Below are positions 9,760 to 19,692 of a DNA stretch of 64,000 nucleotides, one piece after another. Origin of the DNA: Escherichia coli (GTDB taxonomy: Bacteria; Pseudomonadota; Gammaproteobacteria; Enterobacterales; Enterobacteriaceae); NCBI RefSeq assembly GCF_001677475.2, contig NZ_CP015229.1, one strand, 5' to 3'. The notes below the pieces were generated by a model. That model was not told the DNA's origin. It was given only the letters and a program-made list of their open reading frames with translations, and made no database searches. A program made the translations under genes and the position numbers. Positions within the stretch are counted from its first letter, which is position 1. The number at the start of each line of letters is the position of its first letter.

Positions 9760-11349
9760 TTACTTAATAAGCAGCGGTACGCCCTGGATACGACGGGCTA
9801 CGCCAGTCGGGCAGCAGGCCCAGACTACTTCCCATTTATCGAATTCCGCCTGCGTAACTTTCAGCACATACGGTTCTGTACCGTCAGCATCAGGATCACG
9901 AGGAGCCACCAGAGCGCCGGAGGCGACAAAGCGATCTAAAAGTTTGGTCATCCCTTTAGTCAGTCCAGACTCAGTAATGCCGTCCGGGTTATGCTTCATC
10001 TGTCGGGCTAACTGGACAAAGAAACGGCTGATTGCGTTCATCAGGGATGGTACGTGCTGGAAATGCAGATAGTTGTCCTGCGTGCAACAAGTTAAAGCAT
10101 CATCGATGATCATCTGGCCCGAAGTACCTACAGATACTTTATTGAGTCGGCCCTTGACCATAGCTTCTTCGTCCGGGGTGTCTTCAGGATACAGCGGCTG
10201 AAGTGATGCACGAGCAATGACGGCACGTTCTTCACCAGCCGGTGAGTAATGCCAACCGCCGACATCGGAGTTTTTCTTAACGCCACGAGCTTTCGCCGCA
10301 TACGCCGCGCCAGACAGACCGAAGACCACACGGGATTGGGTCCATTTGTCTTTGCAGGAGAACGGGAAGTGATAGACAGAACAGCTTACATAATCGGTAC
10401 CAAGTAAACCGGTATCCTCAACAGCTGGTAGTGCTTCTGCGTACGTTAATGTCGGTTTGACATCAAAGAAGCCATCAATCAGGCGATCTGCACAGATTTT
10501 ACCTAATGCGGTGATAGCCGCATTGTCATAGCAGCCCAGGCCAAGAACAGCGGTGTACATGTACGGCGCATTGTTCAGCACTTTCACCGCACGCAGGTAC
10601 GCAGCGGTTGAGATTTTCGACTGATCACCGTTGGTACCACCAGTGAACGCCAACGATTTTTTATTTGTTACTTTCGCCGTCGAAATCAGCTCTTCATTAA
10701 CAACCGCGCGCAGATATTTAGAACGGGCTTCCAGAGCCGTAGGCAGATAACACAAGCGGCCCATGTCATCTTTCGCTTCTTCCGCCAAAGACACAGTGTG
10801 TGTCTCCAGGGTCGTTACCACGCCGAGCGAAGTCGTCTGGGTCAGTTTCAGGAGGAAGCGTTCATTACCTGCGCTGTCCGCTGTTGCCGTTTCGATGGTT
10901 AACTCACGGGTAGGTGAAATACACGGATCACCATCATCAACGTAGATAGCAAAGGCTTCGCCGCTATCAAGTTCAATTTCAGAACCGTATGGCAACGCAC
11001 TGTAAGCCGGTTCGCCTGATTCATCGAACATAATAACCGGGAACTTCGCATCATCCGGAACAGCACGGACAACATAACCAGACGTTTGCTGAATAGCTTC
11101 GTATACATGGCGAATTGGTTCGAACTGTGAGCCGGAAGACGGCTTCAGCGGTTCGCCGAGAACATCTTCGTAATTGGACTCAGTAACCGCAAGAACAGTA
11201 AACGGCTTGCCACGCGCAAATACGCCAATACCAGCCCACAAGCTGCTATTTAATGCAACACCGGTAGATAACGTCGCATCTGCATTGATCGGGCTAACCG
11301 CGACGCCGGATGCATTACCTAATGACTGTTGAATTGAATATTGAGACAT
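9760..11349 (-). CDS. tail sheath-like protein (P1 gp22-like by size and position)
   Basis: 529 aa ORF; order 575-529-271 adjacent to par locus matches my recollection of P1 genes 23-22-21. Confidence 0.5.
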   Translation of the reverse strand: MSQYSIQQSLGNASGVAVSPINADATLSTGVALNSSLWAGIGVFARGKPFTVLAVTESNYEDVLGEPLKPSSGSQFEPIRHVYEAIQQTSGYVVRAVPDDAKFPVIMFDESGEPAYSALPYGSEIELDSGEAFAIYVDDGDPCISPTRELTIETATADSAGNERFLLKLTQTTSLGVVTTLETHTVSLAEEAKDDMGRLCYLPTALEARSKYLRAVVNEELISTAKVTNKKSLAFTGGTNGDQSKISTAAYLRAVKVLNNAPYMYTAVLGLGCYDNAAITALGKICADRLIDGFFDVKPTLTYAEALPAVEDTGLLGTDYVSCSVYHFPFSCKDKWTQSRVVFGLSGAAYAAKARGVKKNSDVGGWHYSPAGEERAVIARASLQPLYPEDTPDEEAMVKGRLNKVSVGTSGQMIIDDALTCCTQDNYLHFQHVPSLMNAISRFFVQLARQMKHNPDGITESGLTKGMTKLLDRFVASGALVAPRDPDADGTEPYVLKVTQAEFDKWEVVWACCPTGVARRIQGVPLLIK

Positions 11350-11409
11350 AACTTTCCCTGTTATGCGCCCCGCACGGGGGCGCTATGTTAAACGGAGAAC
11401 TTCCCCTGA

Positions 11410-13137
11410 TTACTCAGAGTCACCGGCATCAATCGTGTCGCCGCTTATGAAGTTAAGCCCGCCTTTTTTGGCCATTGTCAGCGTTACACGAGTGAAGTAA
11501 TCAGCGCCGTTGCGTGGGTGCATATCGTTGATAGCCGAACCCCACAGCGTGGTACGGTTGACCAGCGCCGGAGTGGTCGGATGCTGGAACGGGATGGCCG
11601 GGACAGCATCACCAGTCACGAAGCCTGCTTTACCCGGATTTTCATCACGGACGTAGCACAGCACATCCATCGAGCTGAACTGAATGTTCTCTGTCGTTAA
11701 GTTCTTACAAATACCAGCAGGTACTTCGTACACTTTCACGTTACCGAACAGGGTACCGATGTAGTGAACATACGGAGTCTGGATATAGTCTTCGGCTGGC
11801 TGGAAGAAATCCTTCGGCAACTGTTTGAAGAAAGATGCTGCATCAGCACCAGCAAACATCCCCATCGCACCAGAAGATTTAACGCGCTCAATAATGTCGC
11901 GATATACAGTCTGGAATTTGCCACGAATGATGGTTGCCCATACATCAAAGGACTGGTTAACCGGCAGAGCGATGTCAAAGGTGTCGGTCGCAAGAGTGCG
12001 CCAGATCATGATGCGAAGACGCAGCATATCCTGTTCATGAGACAGGTATTCCTTCAGGGTGCGGAACTGTAGGGAACCCAGGTCCAGACCAAATTCACGC
12101 TGTGCTTCATACGCCGCCTGTACCGTGTGCTCAGCCGCGATAACGAACTGGCTTGGGAACAGGGTGTATTTCTTCATTTCGTGGTTGATCAGCGGGATCA
12201 GCTCAGGAGCGGCTTCAATATTGATTTCCGTCTCAATTGCGATCTCAGTGCCTTTATCCGGCGCTTTGGAGAACGACAGGGCAATCTGACCAATGTTGTA
12301 GTTCAGAGAGCAAGTAACAGTGATTTGCTCACCAGCAGCATTAGTAAACGAGTGAAGTAGGCTGCCGGAACCGTTATCAACAACAGACTTAATACGGTTA
12401 ACGTAGATGTTAGTGCGACCTTTTCGGATTGGTACATTCTGGCCTTCGAAGTCTTCCATCTTGAAGGTTGCGGTTTTGCTGGTGCCATCGGAGCTTGCCA
12501 CCAGCACATAGCGGCGGCGTAACTGGCTGTACACACCGACGGATTGCATGTCCAGAACATCACCAGCAGCATAAGAACCAAAAGAGGAACCTGCCACGTT
12601 AAAGACTTCATAGATGTCGGACTGGTCACGCGTAACCGGAATGAAGGTACACGCATCAGCGGTAGCTGCCCCCAACTGAACAGGCAGGATCATCGCGAGG
12701 AATAAAGGCAGACGCATAACACCGTCAGAAACGCTCATCATCTCTGCTGCGACGGATTCCAGCATCGCTTTATTAGTGGCATCCATGCTATTGCGGGTGG
12801 ACTCAATCAGGCAGTTTTCCAGCGTCTGGTGGCAGGAGGCCAGAATTTCCGGACGCGGCATAGATTTATGTGCTGCGGCGTAGTCAGCCAGTGCACTTGC
12901 CCACGCTGTAGCGATTTGAGCGGTGGCATTATCAGAGATACCCGCAAAAATCGGGTCTTTGCGTGCAGCTTCAAGGATAGATGCGGCACGCGCGGCATCA
13001 TCTTTGATGAATTGGTTATCAGTACCGAACTGTGCTGCACTTGCCCAGCCAAGAACGGCTTTAGAGCGTTTTGCGATATCTGCAATACGATTCTGGTATT
13101 CGCGTAAGTTACTCAAGTTACTCTTCCTTAAACACAA
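11410..13137 (-). CDS. large virion structural protein (P1 gp23-like, putative major head protein)
   Basis: 575 aa ORF immediately upstream of the sheath-like gene. Confidence 0.45.
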   Translation of the reverse strand: MCLRKSNLSNLREYQNRIADIAKRSKAVLGWASAAQFGTDNQFIKDDAARAASILEAARKDPIFAGISDNATAQIATAWASALADYAAAHKSMPRPEILASCHQTLENCLIESTRNSMDATNKAMLESVAAEMMSVSDGVMRLPLFLAMILPVQLGAATADACTFIPVTRDQSDIYEVFNVAGSSFGSYAAGDVLDMQSVGVYSQLRRRYVLVASSDGTSKTATFKMEDFEGQNVPIRKGRTNIYVNRIKSVVDNGSGSLLHSFTNAAGEQITVTCSLNYNIGQIALSFSKAPDKGTEIAIETEINIEAAPELIPLINHEMKKYTLFPSQFVIAAEHTVQAAYEAQREFGLDLGSLQFRTLKEYLSHEQDMLRLRIMIWRTLATDTFDIALPVNQSFDVWATIIRGKFQTVYRDIIERVKSSGAMGMFAGADAASFFKQLPKDFFQPAEDYIQTPYVHYIGTLFGNVKVYEVPAGICKNLTTENIQFSSMDVLCYVRDENPGKAGFVTGDAVPAIPFQHPTTPALVNRTTLWGSAINDMHPRNGADYFTRVTLTMAKKGGLNFISGDTIDAGDSE

Positions 13138-13149
13138 GGCACTTGTGTG

Positions 13150-13380
13150 AATCCCTTTTCGGAAGAGATTTTATTGAAAGTCACTTGTTGACTTTCTCGC
13201 GAAAAGTAATTTTTTAAATTTTTTATGCGGGGAAGTGGACGGTGAAAGCAGGCGTTAAATCGTGGGAATTTCAGTCTGAAATTTTTCTAAAAAATATATT
13301 TAAATCATAATGTTATCAATGAAATTGGCGCAGGACATTTTAGGCAGGGGAGGAGGCTAAAACCACCTCCCACCAGCGGG
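13150..13380. other. parS: parS centromere region (approximate)
   Basis: AT-rich region just downstream of parB with repeated tgaaat/atttca heptamer-like boxes. Confidence 0.4.
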
Positions 13381-13381
13381 A

Positions 13382-14347
13382 TTATTCCCCAGCAGACATT
13401 TTCCCAATGATTTTTTTTATTGCTTCGTCAATTTCAGTTTGCACTTCAGACGGGAGTCTGGAGAACTCGTAGGCGACTACCCGTTTTTTCGGATCGGACT
13501 TCTTTCTGGCGTATTGACGACGGTCAGAGAAGTCTCGCAGCTTCTCAATCACCACAGATTTAACCGGCGCGGGCTTCAGGCTTTTGCTTTCCGCTTTGAA
13601 GATAGCCAGTATCTTCGATTTATCCTCTTTCGCGCCCTCAGTCTCTGCAATTCGTTCGCGCACCGTATCAACCAGCTCTTCAATCGGCACGCTTTTAGCG
13701 TTAGCATCCTCGGCGATCTGGAGCAGTAACTGGTAATCTGGCAGGGCGAGATCGCTGGCAACAGGGAAGACAGCAATCATCTCATCCGGCACCGCGGCAG
13801 CCTGGAAAGCTCGCGTCACTTTAGCCTTTGAGATGTTCTCAGCTCGGGCGATCTCTTCTTTGGTCATATTCTTACCGTACATAACCTCGAAGCGTTTACC
13901 CAGCTCGCGCAGAGTGTGTTCGCGGGCTGTCTGGATATCAATGGCCAGCTGGCGGGCATCTGCCAGGCTGATCTCATCTTTCGTCACCAGAATCTCAAAT
14001 TTCGTTTCATTGAAGATACACGCAGCGCGGCGACGTGATCCGTCCAATACCTCAATGCGCTCCCCAACCATACGACCGATAGCCGGGAAGAACTGTTGCA
14101 ATTTAATGGTGCGGGAAATATCGCTTACCGACTCAGGGGTGAGCAGAGACTGATCGCGGCCGTTAACTGCCGGGTCAACGAACGTGCGCGACTCAATCTC
14201 ACCACTCAGCACAACGGTAAGCAAAAATTTAGCCTGGCGGCCAGATTTTAGGGTAAAGGTTTTGGTGCCTTCACTGCCTTCAAGCATGCGAGCAAACTCG
14301 GAGCTATTCTTGCCCAGCACTCGTCCACGGGAAACTATTTTTTTCAT
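13382..14347 (-). CDS. parB: partition protein ParB
   Basis: 321 aa, overlaps parA stop, ParB-type sequence. Confidence 0.85.
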   Translation of the reverse strand: MKKIVSRGRVLGKNSSEFARMLEGSEGTKTFTLKSGRQAKFLLTVVLSGEIESRTFVDPAVNGRDQSLLTPESVSDISRTIKLQQFFPAIGRMVGERIEVLDGSRRRAACIFNETKFEILVTKDEISLADARQLAIDIQTAREHTLRELGKRFEVMYGKNMTKEEIARAENISKAKVTRAFQAAAVPDEMIAVFPVASDLALPDYQLLLQIAEDANAKSVPIEELVDTVRERIAETEGAKEDKSKILAIFKAESKSLKPAPVKSVVIEKLRDFSDRRQYARKKSDPKKRVVAYEFSRLPSEVQTEIDEAIKKIIGKMSAGE

Positions 14348-15555
14348 GCCGCCTCACCCCTAACAAACTCAATTCGATCAAACACAGCCTTAGTGAAACG
14401 CTCGGCCTCGGTTCGTGCCTTCTTCAGCGCCTCTGCACTGCCTGGATACGATTGCGGGTTGGCACTGATTACGGTGTCGAAAGACTCGCCGCATCGCTCA
14501 AAGCCATCCAGACGAGGCAGAGAAGAGTCCAGAATGTTGCTGGCGTAAACCTCACGCGCAAGGCTGTGTGATGTCTCGTGATCGCGCTTGCCGGTCATCT
14601 TCGACATAAAACCAATGCTGGCGCTCAAACGCGGTTCTACGCCTTCCTCCTCCAGTTGCTCCAGCATTTCTGGCAGACGGGTGAGATATTTCAGTGTTGA
14701 GTGGAAGTCAACCTGGGCTGGTGGGGTAGGGGTAAGCAGCAAATCGCTGGCCGCCAGACCGTTGAGCAGGAACGGATCCAGGTGTGGACCGGTATCAATA
14801 AAGATAAAGTCATAATCATCCGCAACACGATCAATGATATTGCGTCGAAGGATTTCGTACTGATTTTGTCCGGGAAGATGCTCTTCAACCAGCTCTTTCC
14901 ATTGGCTGGCAACAAAGCCATCGTCGATAGAGGCTGGAATCACGTCTACGCCAGGAACGATGGTCGGACGAATCACCTCTTTGCGTAGCGTCTCCGCGTC
15001 CAGGTCGTTCAGCATCGCCTGCGCGGCGGTTTCCAGGATGGAACCAATACTGTGAGTATGGTCGAGGAACATTGTGCTGGATGCCTGAGGGTCAAGGTCA
15101 ATTACCAGAATGCGCAGATCGTGACGCAGTAAATCCTGATGCACACGCAGAGCGTGCGCCAACGTAACTGTGGAAACCGTTTTGGATACGCCACCCTTCA
15201 GGTTTACGACAAAAATAACGTAAGGCGATTTGTGAATGTCGCGATATTTGGGGATCTTACGGTGGGCATAGATATCAATGACGTTCTGGATGGTCAGCGC
15301 GTACTGTTCAACGTTACCGACCTGTTTCTTGTTGAACTGGTACCCATCATCTTCCATCTCTTTGATGGCCTGCTCCACAATGCGGCGGCTCAGCTTCGGC
15401 AACTTTGCCACAGCGTTACGAGTGAACGTCTGATAATACTCGGTCTGATTGAACTCTTTGCGCTGATCTTCAATATCCTGACTCATGGCCTTAAGTAATG
15501 CGCTTGCACGAAGAGCTATGGTGCCAACACCGCCGTAATCGCGTTTCATCATCAT
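14344..15555 (-). CDS. parA: partition ATPase ParA
   Basis: 403 aa; Walker A NLKGGVSKT; strong similarity to P1 ParA as recalled. Confidence 0.9.
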   Translation of the reverse strand: MMMKRDYGGVGTIALRASALLKAMSQDIEDQRKEFNQTEYYQTFTRNAVAKLPKLSRRIVEQAIKEMEDDGYQFNKKQVGNVEQYALTIQNVIDIYAHRKIPKYRDIHKSPYVIFVVNLKGGVSKTVSTVTLAHALRVHQDLLRHDLRILVIDLDPQASSTMFLDHTHSIGSILETAAQAMLNDLDAETLRKEVIRPTIVPGVDVIPASIDDGFVASQWKELVEEHLPGQNQYEILRRNIIDRVADDYDFIFIDTGPHLDPFLLNGLAASDLLLTPTPPAQVDFHSTLKYLTRLPEMLEQLEEEGVEPRLSASIGFMSKMTGKRDHETSHSLAREVYASNILDSSLPRLDGFERCGESFDTVISANPQSYPGSAEALKKARTEAERFTKAVFDRIEFVRGEAA

Positions 15556-15659
15556 CTCCTTATCATTTCGTATGAGTGAATTGTACGTTTGATTCTGCTA
15601 CGTGCAACTTTTTTTGATTCGTGCGTCAATTATTGCACGTAAAGAAATGGCGATGAGGC

Positions 15660-15950
15660 TATTAGATGTGTGCTGGAGGGATGATGCAGGACCAGAATGT
15701 GCGATAGAGGGAAGTCGCATTGAATTATGTGCTGTGGAGGGATCGCTGGTATCAAATATGTGTGCTGGAGGGAAAGGCAGAGAATTACATGTGCACTGGA
15801 GGGAAAAACGGATGGACAGATGTGTGCTGGAGGGAAAGTCTGGGCAAACTGCGGGGCGTCCCCCTCCAGCGCACATCAAAAACAGGAAATTGGACAAGCC
15901 TTCCCGTCAGCACACATTTTTTTAATGCAGCTTCCCTCCAGCACACACTT
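15660..15950. repeat. incA: incA iteron array (RepA-binding 19-mers, both orientations)
   Basis: about 8-9 copies of GATGTGTGCTGGAGGGAAA-like repeats at roughly 15665, 15724, 15757, 15787, 15820 (+) and 15850, 15895, 15925 (-). Confidence 0.85.
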
Positions 15951-16809
15951 ATTCGGGAAGTTTCAGCTTTGGATTGCGAGAATGGACGATTACAAAACTT
16001 TCCCGGCCTTTCTTCTCAATTGAACAGTCGAGATAGCCGATTGTTTTAAGCTGTTCTATCGCTTTCTTAATGATACGGTTTTGCTCGCCAACAGCTGACT
16101 GCAAAGCCAAGCGCTCACGGATTCGCGCGAACGATAGGGGCAACGGGTTCTGCGGAAGGCTTTCGATGAAAGTGTAAATGGCTTGTGCAGCTTCTTTCTT
16201 CGGAAGGGCACGCAAGGCGTGGTGTTGCAACAGAACGCGATAATCAAGCTGGAACAGCTCCCACAGCTTCGAATCAGCCTCCAGCTCTATCAGATCAAGG
16301 TCAGCATCAAAACGCCCGACCTTCAGCAGACCAGTCTGATAGCCGCCTTTAGCATCTTTTCCGCGCTTAAAGGCGATACCCTTGTTACGCAAGCGACCAA
16401 GTGATTCATGAATGGTTAAACGCAGTTTCGCATCCAGACGTTTTGAGGGGAAACCACAGGCTTTAGCGAATTCCTGAAACGATAACTGGATGGTGTTTGA
16501 GGACAAGCCGTATTTGCTGAACGCGTAGATGACACCGATCCACGTTTTGAAATCAGTATCCATATCGAGTCGAGGACCAGTGATTTTAATATCATCGTAA
16601 CCCTCGGCTTTAGCTATCTCCAGCTGGGAAAACGCTTTGGTGGCATCAATCTCTTTACTTTCTCCTTTGCTCTTTGATGGCTTCGGCACGAATACCCCCA
16701 AGCGCATCAACGCTACAGGCTGCACAGTGTTGTTTGAATTAACTGTTAGTTCTTTTGCCTTACTTTCAATGTCTGCGTAAAGAATATCGGAGATAAATGA
16801 TTGATTCAT
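15949..16809 (-). CDS. repA: plasmid replication initiator RepA
   Basis: 286 aa, flanked by iteron arrays; matches P1 RepA as recalled. Confidence 0.9.
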   Translation of the reverse strand: MNQSFISDILYADIESKAKELTVNSNNTVQPVALMRLGVFVPKPSKSKGESKEIDATKAFSQLEIAKAEGYDDIKITGPRLDMDTDFKTWIGVIYAFSKYGLSSNTIQLSFQEFAKACGFPSKRLDAKLRLTIHESLGRLRNKGIAFKRGKDAKGGYQTGLLKVGRFDADLDLIELEADSKLWELFQLDYRVLLQHHALRALPKKEAAQAIYTFIESLPQNPLPLSFARIRERLALQSAVGEQNRIIKKAIEQLKTIGYLDCSIEKKGRESFVIVHSRNPKLKLPE

Positions 16810-16859
16810 ATTACTTTTTCCGAATTATGTGGATAGTTTTTATTAGTGGTGATAACTAC

Positions 16860-17095
16860 CCAGGCTTTCCCGTCAGCACACATCCTATATCCCGCCAGCA
16901 CACATTAGCAACCCGTCAGCACACATTTTTATCCCTCCAGCACACATCGTTTTCCCTCCAGCACACATCGCGATACACTTCTAAGCCAGACGTGACGCGG
17001 CCTGCAACGATCAGGGATCTATATGGATCTAATTGGGATCTGTATGGACCTAATTATTGGATCTACCCAGTGGATAATGTGGATAAGTGAAAAAC
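16860..17095. other. oriR: incC iterons plus oriR (GATC cluster and tandem DnaA boxes)
   Basis: five CCAGCACACAT-type iterons 16866-16969; five GATC sites 17009-17063; tgtggataa DnaA box 17078-17086 and near-copy 17070-17078. Confidence 0.85.
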
Positions 17096-17126
17096 CGGCC
17101 AACATAGCCGGTTGGAAGGAAGGGTA

Positions 17127-17519
17127 TTATTCTACGCTTTCGATAAGAAGACCATGTTCATAACATTTAAGCTCATCGCCTTCGTACAGGAATTGGTATC
17201 CAATACCACCATTTTCATGGACATTAGGGAATAACTCATAACTCACTGAAGAGCAAATCACACCAATGCAACGATCAACGCCTTCTCGTTCTTCAGTGCT
17301 GAAAAAATCCTCTTCGGTAAGAACATGAGTACATTGCTCATCAGCATAGGTCGGAAATACATGCTCGATGCAATCCGGGTGTTTTAAACCAAGCTGATCG
17401 GCAAGCTCGAAAGCATGACGGTATTGTTCAGATCCTGGCTTGCCAACAGTGATGTGCTCAATTTTGTAGATTGAAGTCGCTTTGTTGATAGTTTGCTTTA
17501 CTGTTACTTTATCAGACAT
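17127..17519 (-). CDS. hypothetical protein
   Basis: 130 aa ORF next to oriR. Confidence 0.45.
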   Translation of the reverse strand: MSDKVTVKQTINKATSIYKIEHITVGKPGSEQYRHAFELADQLGLKHPDCIEHVFPTYADEQCTHVLTEEDFFSTEEREGVDRCIGVICSSVSYELFPNVHENGGIGYQFLYEGDELKCYEHGLLIESVE

Positions 17520-17530
17520 AAAAATCCCTT

Positions 17531-17863
17531 TTAGTTACCGCTGATAGCGCGGTTGTAATCATTAACGTTGCGATTCTTCCTGTTAATCCCCATCAGCATC
17601 GTTTCTGTATCGAGGATATACGCTGGCAGATCATCAAAATATTCACTGCTAAACTCTGGCATTCTGCACATAAATGCACTTTTGGGGGCAGGGTGGTTAA
17701 CCTTTGTCGGCGTCGGCGTTAAATTCGCTGATCGACTCCCGGAGCAACCGCTGAGTGTCAGCAGGAATGCGCTGGCGAACATTACCCGCCGCAACCAGTT
17801 GTTTCTGAACTTCAGCTTTTCGTTCCATTTGCCTGTCAGCATATTTGGCTTGTTCTGATTCAT
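17531..17863 (-). CDS. lipoprotein (o-spanin-like); true start probably internal near 17782
   Basis: signal peptide plus lipobox LTLSGCSG, proline-rich TPTPTKVNHPAP; 5' end overlaps the upstream gene in another frame. Confidence 0.5.
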   Translation of the reverse strand: MNQNKPNMLTGKWNEKLKFRNNWLRRVMFASAFLLTLSGCSGSRSANLTPTPTKVNHPAPKSAFMCRMPEFSSEYFDDLPAYILDTETMLMGINRKNRNVNDYNRAISGN

Positions 17864-18146
17864 TTTTCACTTCCTGGCTGTGAAAATGTTGCTCTGCTTT
17901 GTTCATCGTCTCAATGGTCTGGTTAAGATCCATTATTGACTTATCACGTTCCTTAACAGCCTGATCAAGACTGCCAATTTTCTCCATGGCTTGCTTTAGC
18001 TGATGACGTTCCCATGCAAACCCAGCACCAACAAGTGCGCAAATCAGAACAAGAACACCAGTAGCAGCAAGTTTCTCCTTCAAAGACAAAGCTGTTTTTA
18101 ACGTAGAAAAGAATGACATGTCTTCCTCCTGAAGAAAAATTATCAA
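17697..18146 (-). CDS. membrane-anchored coiled-coil protein (i-spanin-like)
   Basis: N-terminal TM GVLVLICALVGAGFAW followed by charged coiled-coil region; 3' end overlaps lipoprotein gene. Confidence 0.5.
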   Translation of the reverse strand: MIIFLQEEDMSFFSTLKTALSLKEKLAATGVLVLICALVGAGFAWERHQLKQAMEKIGSLDQAVKERDKSIMDLNQTIETMNKAEQHFHSQEVKNESEQAKYADRQMERKAEVQKQLVAAGNVRQRIPADTQRLLRESISEFNADADKG

Positions 18147-18418
18147 TGAAGTCCTTTGTTACTGTGCCGCTTTGTTTAATTCATCAAGAACAGAATCAGG
18201 AACCAAAGCGGCGACTGCGCTGGCTGTGCTGGTCTTATTTGCTGATGCTTCCGCAAGCGCGGTACCAATAGCATGGCCATAAGCAGTTATGGCTATGCTG
18301 GCGCTTTCCTTCGCCCGTTCATACTGCTGTTGCAATGCAACAGTGGGCGCTGTTGTTTGGTTGAAAACTCCCCCAAACTGTTCAGTTGCTACTTTCAGAG
18401 CTTCAATTTGCTTTTCTG

Positions 18419-18946
18419 TTAGTGCTGGTGGGGGAATGGCAGTGCCGCCGCCTGAACCAGTGCCTGACGAGCTTTCAGAGCCAGTGTTAAGGGTCTGGTT
18501 AATCTCCCCATAGCAGCGACTAAACTTGATGTATTAAGCGCGTTTACAGCGTCCTCAAGCGATTTAGTAATAGTCACATCACCAATGGCAATAGAGATTG
18601 GCAGTTCTGAAACTTCTCGCTCATTAGCACGGCAGTAAACATCCCAACCAATATCGAGTTGAAGCAGCATTGACAGATCTGCATAACCAGCCAACAGGTC
18701 CGCGTGCTTAGTTGCCAGTTCTCCAATGTTCGTTAAGCCGGTTGTGGTTGTTCTGATCGTTGAAACATAGCTGGTAATAGTGTCAGGATAGACAATTGTA
18801 TCCAAAATTAATCCGGTCAATTCTTCTGCAAGCTGTTTTGCCGTGTTAGCACTGCTTCGTGCCGATGTTATGGCACCTGGTGTTTTCATCCCACCGGCTG
18901 CGGCCAATTTTTTATATGCGGATAATTGGTAGTCTTTTTCCAGCAT
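18419..18946 (-). CDS. hypothetical protein
   Basis: 175 aa ORF. Confidence 0.45.
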   Translation of the reverse strand: MLEKDYQLSAYKKLAAAGGMKTPGAITSARSSANTAKQLAEELTGLILDTIVYPDTITSYVSTIRTTTTGLTNIGELATKHADLLAGYADLSMLLQLDIGWDVYCRANEREVSELPISIAIGDVTITKSLEDAVNALNTSSLVAAMGRLTRPLTLALKARQALVQAAALPFPHQH

Positions 18947-18954
18947 GATATCTC

Positions 18955-19239
18955 CTAACTTACCTGAACCAGGCCGTCACCTGACGCTACGGTAGAGCCG
19001 CATGAAACAGGGTCACCAACGCATACGATCCCTTTACCATTGACGGTAAACCATGCCCTGGTTGATATAGCTTGCCCACCGTGCGTACTGTTTCCATCGG
19101 TATGCTGTGCATATTGCTTACCATCAACTAACACTTCGACTCCGTTGACTTTAAGTAGTGGTTCACTCTCTACAGGAGGCCTGGATGGGAATCCTCCGTG
19201 CCCCGAACAAATGCTGTCTTTTGTTGCAATACTTGCCAC
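18955..19239 (-). CDS. PAAR-like small protein (putative spike tip)
   Basis: 94 aa; CSGHGG, HTDGNSTHGG, GDPVSCG motifs. Confidence 0.45.
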   Translation of the reverse strand: MASIATKDSICSGHGGFPSRPPVESEPLLKVNGVEVLVDGKQYAQHTDGNSTHGGQAISTRAWFTVNGKGIVCVGDPVSCGSTVASGDGLVQVS

Positions 19240-19319
19240 GTAATCACCAATTATTTGCTCTGGTTTTCGTTATTTTAACCTATGTTACTTGTGGTCTACA
19301 TAGCGTTCACTATTGCATA

Positions 19320-19336
19320 ATTGCTCTAATGAATAT
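19320..19336. promoter_or_regulatory. C1 operator-like site
   Basis: attgctctaatgaatat. Confidence 0.5.
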
Positions 19337-19407
19337 TGTTTTTTATGTAGTATTTTCGGTACCATTCAGCCATCGCCCTTCAATGGGCATTTGTTTGGAG
19401 TCGTCAG

Positions 19408-19692
19408 ATGCAGATGGAGCTAATAAGCCGCAAGGAGTTCGATAGCCGTGTAACCAGCGGTGAACTCGACAACTTGCAGGCTATCAAGGTGAAAGAAGGC
19501 TTTTGCCTCATTGGGAATCAGAGCGGAACAAATCGCGTTTTTATGCTTCGCCGTACGGATTTGAAGCCATTTGTCTGGAAGAACGAAATTGGTCCCAGCT
19601 CATACGCTCAAACGAGGGGGTGCCACAACTTGGCCTTTTTCTACAAAGACGAGCTTTCTGTGGTTGATATTCAAGGGTTACAACATGTTTAA
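19408..19692 (+). CDS. hypothetical protein upstream of the RdgC homolog
   Basis: 94 aa ORF overlapping hrdC start by a few nt. Confidence 0.45.
   Translation: MQMELISRKEFDSRVTSGELDNLQAIKVKEGFCLIGNQSGTNRVFMLRRTDLKPFVWKNEIGPSSYAQTRGCHNLAFFYKDELSVVDIQGLQHV

Noticed and set aside
9074-13150. Numerous short ORFs on both strands inside the large structural genes (e.g. 10128-10331, 11764-12072, 12303-12656)
   Set aside because: Embedded within or antisense to long ORFs with clear coding continuity; typical spurious frames.
13150-13380. Exact box-by-box assignment of the parS site
   Set aside because: Heptamer-like repeats are present, but I could not match them confidently to the P1 parS box A / box B / IHF layout from memory, so only an approximate region is reported.
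15598-16049. ORFs across the incA iteron array
   Set aside because: Translations are driven by the 19-bp iteron repeats (recurring CAGG/CWRE peptides); this is a repeat array, not coding sequence.
15660-16970. Possible CRISPR array
   Set aside because: The repeats are 19-bp RepA iterons in both orientations with irregular spacing flanking repA; no cas genes and no uniform spacers.
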